64,000 nt of DNA, from positions 26,970,001 through 27,034,000 of the forward strand of contig OZ076412.1 in the NCBI GenBank assembly GCA_964187785.1, given 5' to 3'. Positions 61,990 to 64,000 of this stretch are shown here, piece after piece; within the stretch, counting starts at the first letter, position 1; each line of letters starts with the position of its first letter. The DNA comes from Amphiscolops sp. MND2022. Taxonomy: Eukaryota. Under the pieces are notes generated by a model. That model was not told where the DNA came from, searched no databases, and saw only the letters and a program-made list of their open reading frames with translations. The position numbers were made by a program, and so were the translations under genes.

Positions 61990-62830
61990 AAAAGTGTAAA
62001 ATTTTCCGATTTTTAAAGTTTTCATGCAATTTTTGTCTTGCAATGGCTTTGAATGTTGAAAACGTTCAAAAGGTAAAAATTTAATTATCCAAAAATTTAG
62101 AGGCTGTTTCGAAAAAATAAATGCAATTTTTTAAATTTTTTGACCGAATTTGAATAAAATTCCAAAAAGTTCAGATTTTTAACGTTTTTATGCAACTTTT
62201 GTCAATTTTTTTACACTTGGTAGCTTAGTTTTTACACTTTTTACACTTGGAAAGTTAATAACGTCAGCAAGGAAATAATTCGTTGTCCAAGAGGCTTCTT
62301 CGAAGAGATAAAAGAAGTTTGTTTTGAAAGAAAAACCTGCAATTCAGACCGAAATTGACAAAAATCCCAAAAATTCTGATTTTTAAAGTTTTCATGCAAT
62401 TCTTGTCATTTTTTACACTTGGTAGCTTAGAAAGTTAAAAGCGTCAACAAGGAAATCATTCGTTGTCCGGGACGCCTTTGTTAAGAAATAAACGCAGTTT
62501 GAAAAAAGCTCAAATTGCGACTAAAAATCACAAAAACTGCAAAACGTAACAGTTTTTCACGTTTTTGTCCGAGAGATTTCATGAATCATAACATTGAAAA
62601 CGTCCAACAAAGAATGAACTCGTTGTCCAATAAGGTTGTTTGGGTAGATAAATGCTGTTTTGTAGAAACAAAAATTGCCACAATGACTCAAAGTAGTAAA
62701 AATTTCAGTTTTTGATTTTCCCGCGGAATTTTTGTAAATTTTTCAACTTTTTCATAGATTTAACGTTTTTAACTCAGAAACTGCTAAACAACAACTGAAT
62801 TCGTTGTCCAGTAGGTTTTTTGATGGGATA
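61990..62830. repeat. Degenerate ~160-200-bp tandem repeat
   Basis: TCGTTGTCC at ~62280, 62460, 62620, 62800; GATTTTTAA(A/C)GTTTT..ATGCAA at ~62005, 62175, 62378. Confidence 0.65.
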
Positions 62831-64000
62831 AGTGCCGGTTTCTGATGAAAATGTGCTTTAGTTTGACACAAAAAGTTCCAGTTTATGTAGCTTCATGCTG
62901 TTTGTGTACAATTTTTTGAAAACTTTTGTGAGTTGAAGGTTCAAACCAATCAAAGGCGAAAAGCAGGTATGTAGTTTCCTTCAAAGAAAAATTGCAGTGT
63001 TTTACATCATAAATACTTCAAAACGACACAAGTGAGTCGGAAAGTGAAAGAATTGAAATTTTAAACGTTTTTGTGCAAACGTTTCGAGAGTTAGAATAAC
63101 AGAATGGTTCAACAACAAATGCAGTTGATGTCGAGTTGGCTTTTGTGGGAGGTATTGGCTGATTTGTGTTTGGAAAATGTCTCAATATGAACCGAAAAAG
63201 TATAAAAATCGAGTTTCCTTGCTTGACAATTTTAGTGACTGTTTGTGAACGTCTTTTAGTATACCTTTTGAAGGAAAACATTGCAGTTTTCTGTGTAGAA
63301 CATTATCTCAGGATGACCCAAATGAGTCGAAAGTCCGAAACTTATCCGAAAAACGAATTTTGGAATTTTCGTAAGTTTCATATATTTTCCTATATTAGAT
63401 GAATGAAAACATTCAACAGCAAACAAACGCGAATCAGTAGACTTTTGGAAAATCAATTGAATTTCATGTTCGAAAAGAGCCTCAAGATGGCTCAAAATAG
63501 TCGAAAAAAAAATTGGCGGTCGTTCTACAAATTAGTGGATTTTCAATAACTTATCAAAATTTCGTAATCTAAAAGTTTGTATTTTTGAATAGGCATGCAG
63601 AATTTTCAAAGAAATTCCAATTTTGTATGTAAAAAGTTCGTCAGAACGACGGAAAATAAATGAAAAATCAATTTTTTATTTTCGAAATATTGATTTTTTT
63701 GTAAACTTTCGAGCACTTTTGTAATTGAACGTCTGGATCCGTTATCCAATAGGCGTTTTTAAAAAGTCATCTACATTTTCTTGGATAAGTTCGCAAAGTT
63801 GTCGAAAAAGCAAAATTTTCCAAACTTCGCGCAAAATTATATAAAAACAATTGATTGGTTAGGTTTTGGTATACACAAAAGCCGACAAAAAACAAATAGG
63901 TGTTTGGTGTGTCCTTGAAATGGTGTGTTTGTTTCCTTCTGAAATGAGATGACATTTTTCAAAAAGTGTCAAACCTTTTTTCATCAAACTTCTATGCGTT

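Overview
Eukaryotic (metazoan, probably invertebrate; species not determinable from the sequence) AT-rich window. Positions ~1-49.5 kb are a dense field of nested, decayed transposons: about nine CRE-clade non-LTR copies (restriction-like endonuclease), two BEL/Pao LTR elements, a Ty3/gypsy element, several APE-type LINEs, a Penelope-like fragment, Helentron-associated HINE/DINE-1-like elements and a MITE. There is also a 743-bp and a 6,580-bp tandem duplication. Positions 49,631-59,516 hold a complete 7-exon G-protein beta-5 gene (GNB5, 353 aa) with TE-filled introns. The last ~4.5 kb is AT-rich with degenerate tandem repeats. Best candidates for something new: (1) an antisense ORF of ~128-170 aa inside an unusually long (~1.24 kb) BEL/Pao LTR, reconstructable from the two LTR copies; (2) a 5'-complete, TSD-flanked LINE that keeps ORF1, endonuclease and C-terminal zinc knuckle but lacks the RT; (3) mosaic, RT-deleted or endonuclease-dead CRE copies inserting at unrelated target sites. 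All alignments were done by eye; family assignments rest on motif recognition, not database searches.
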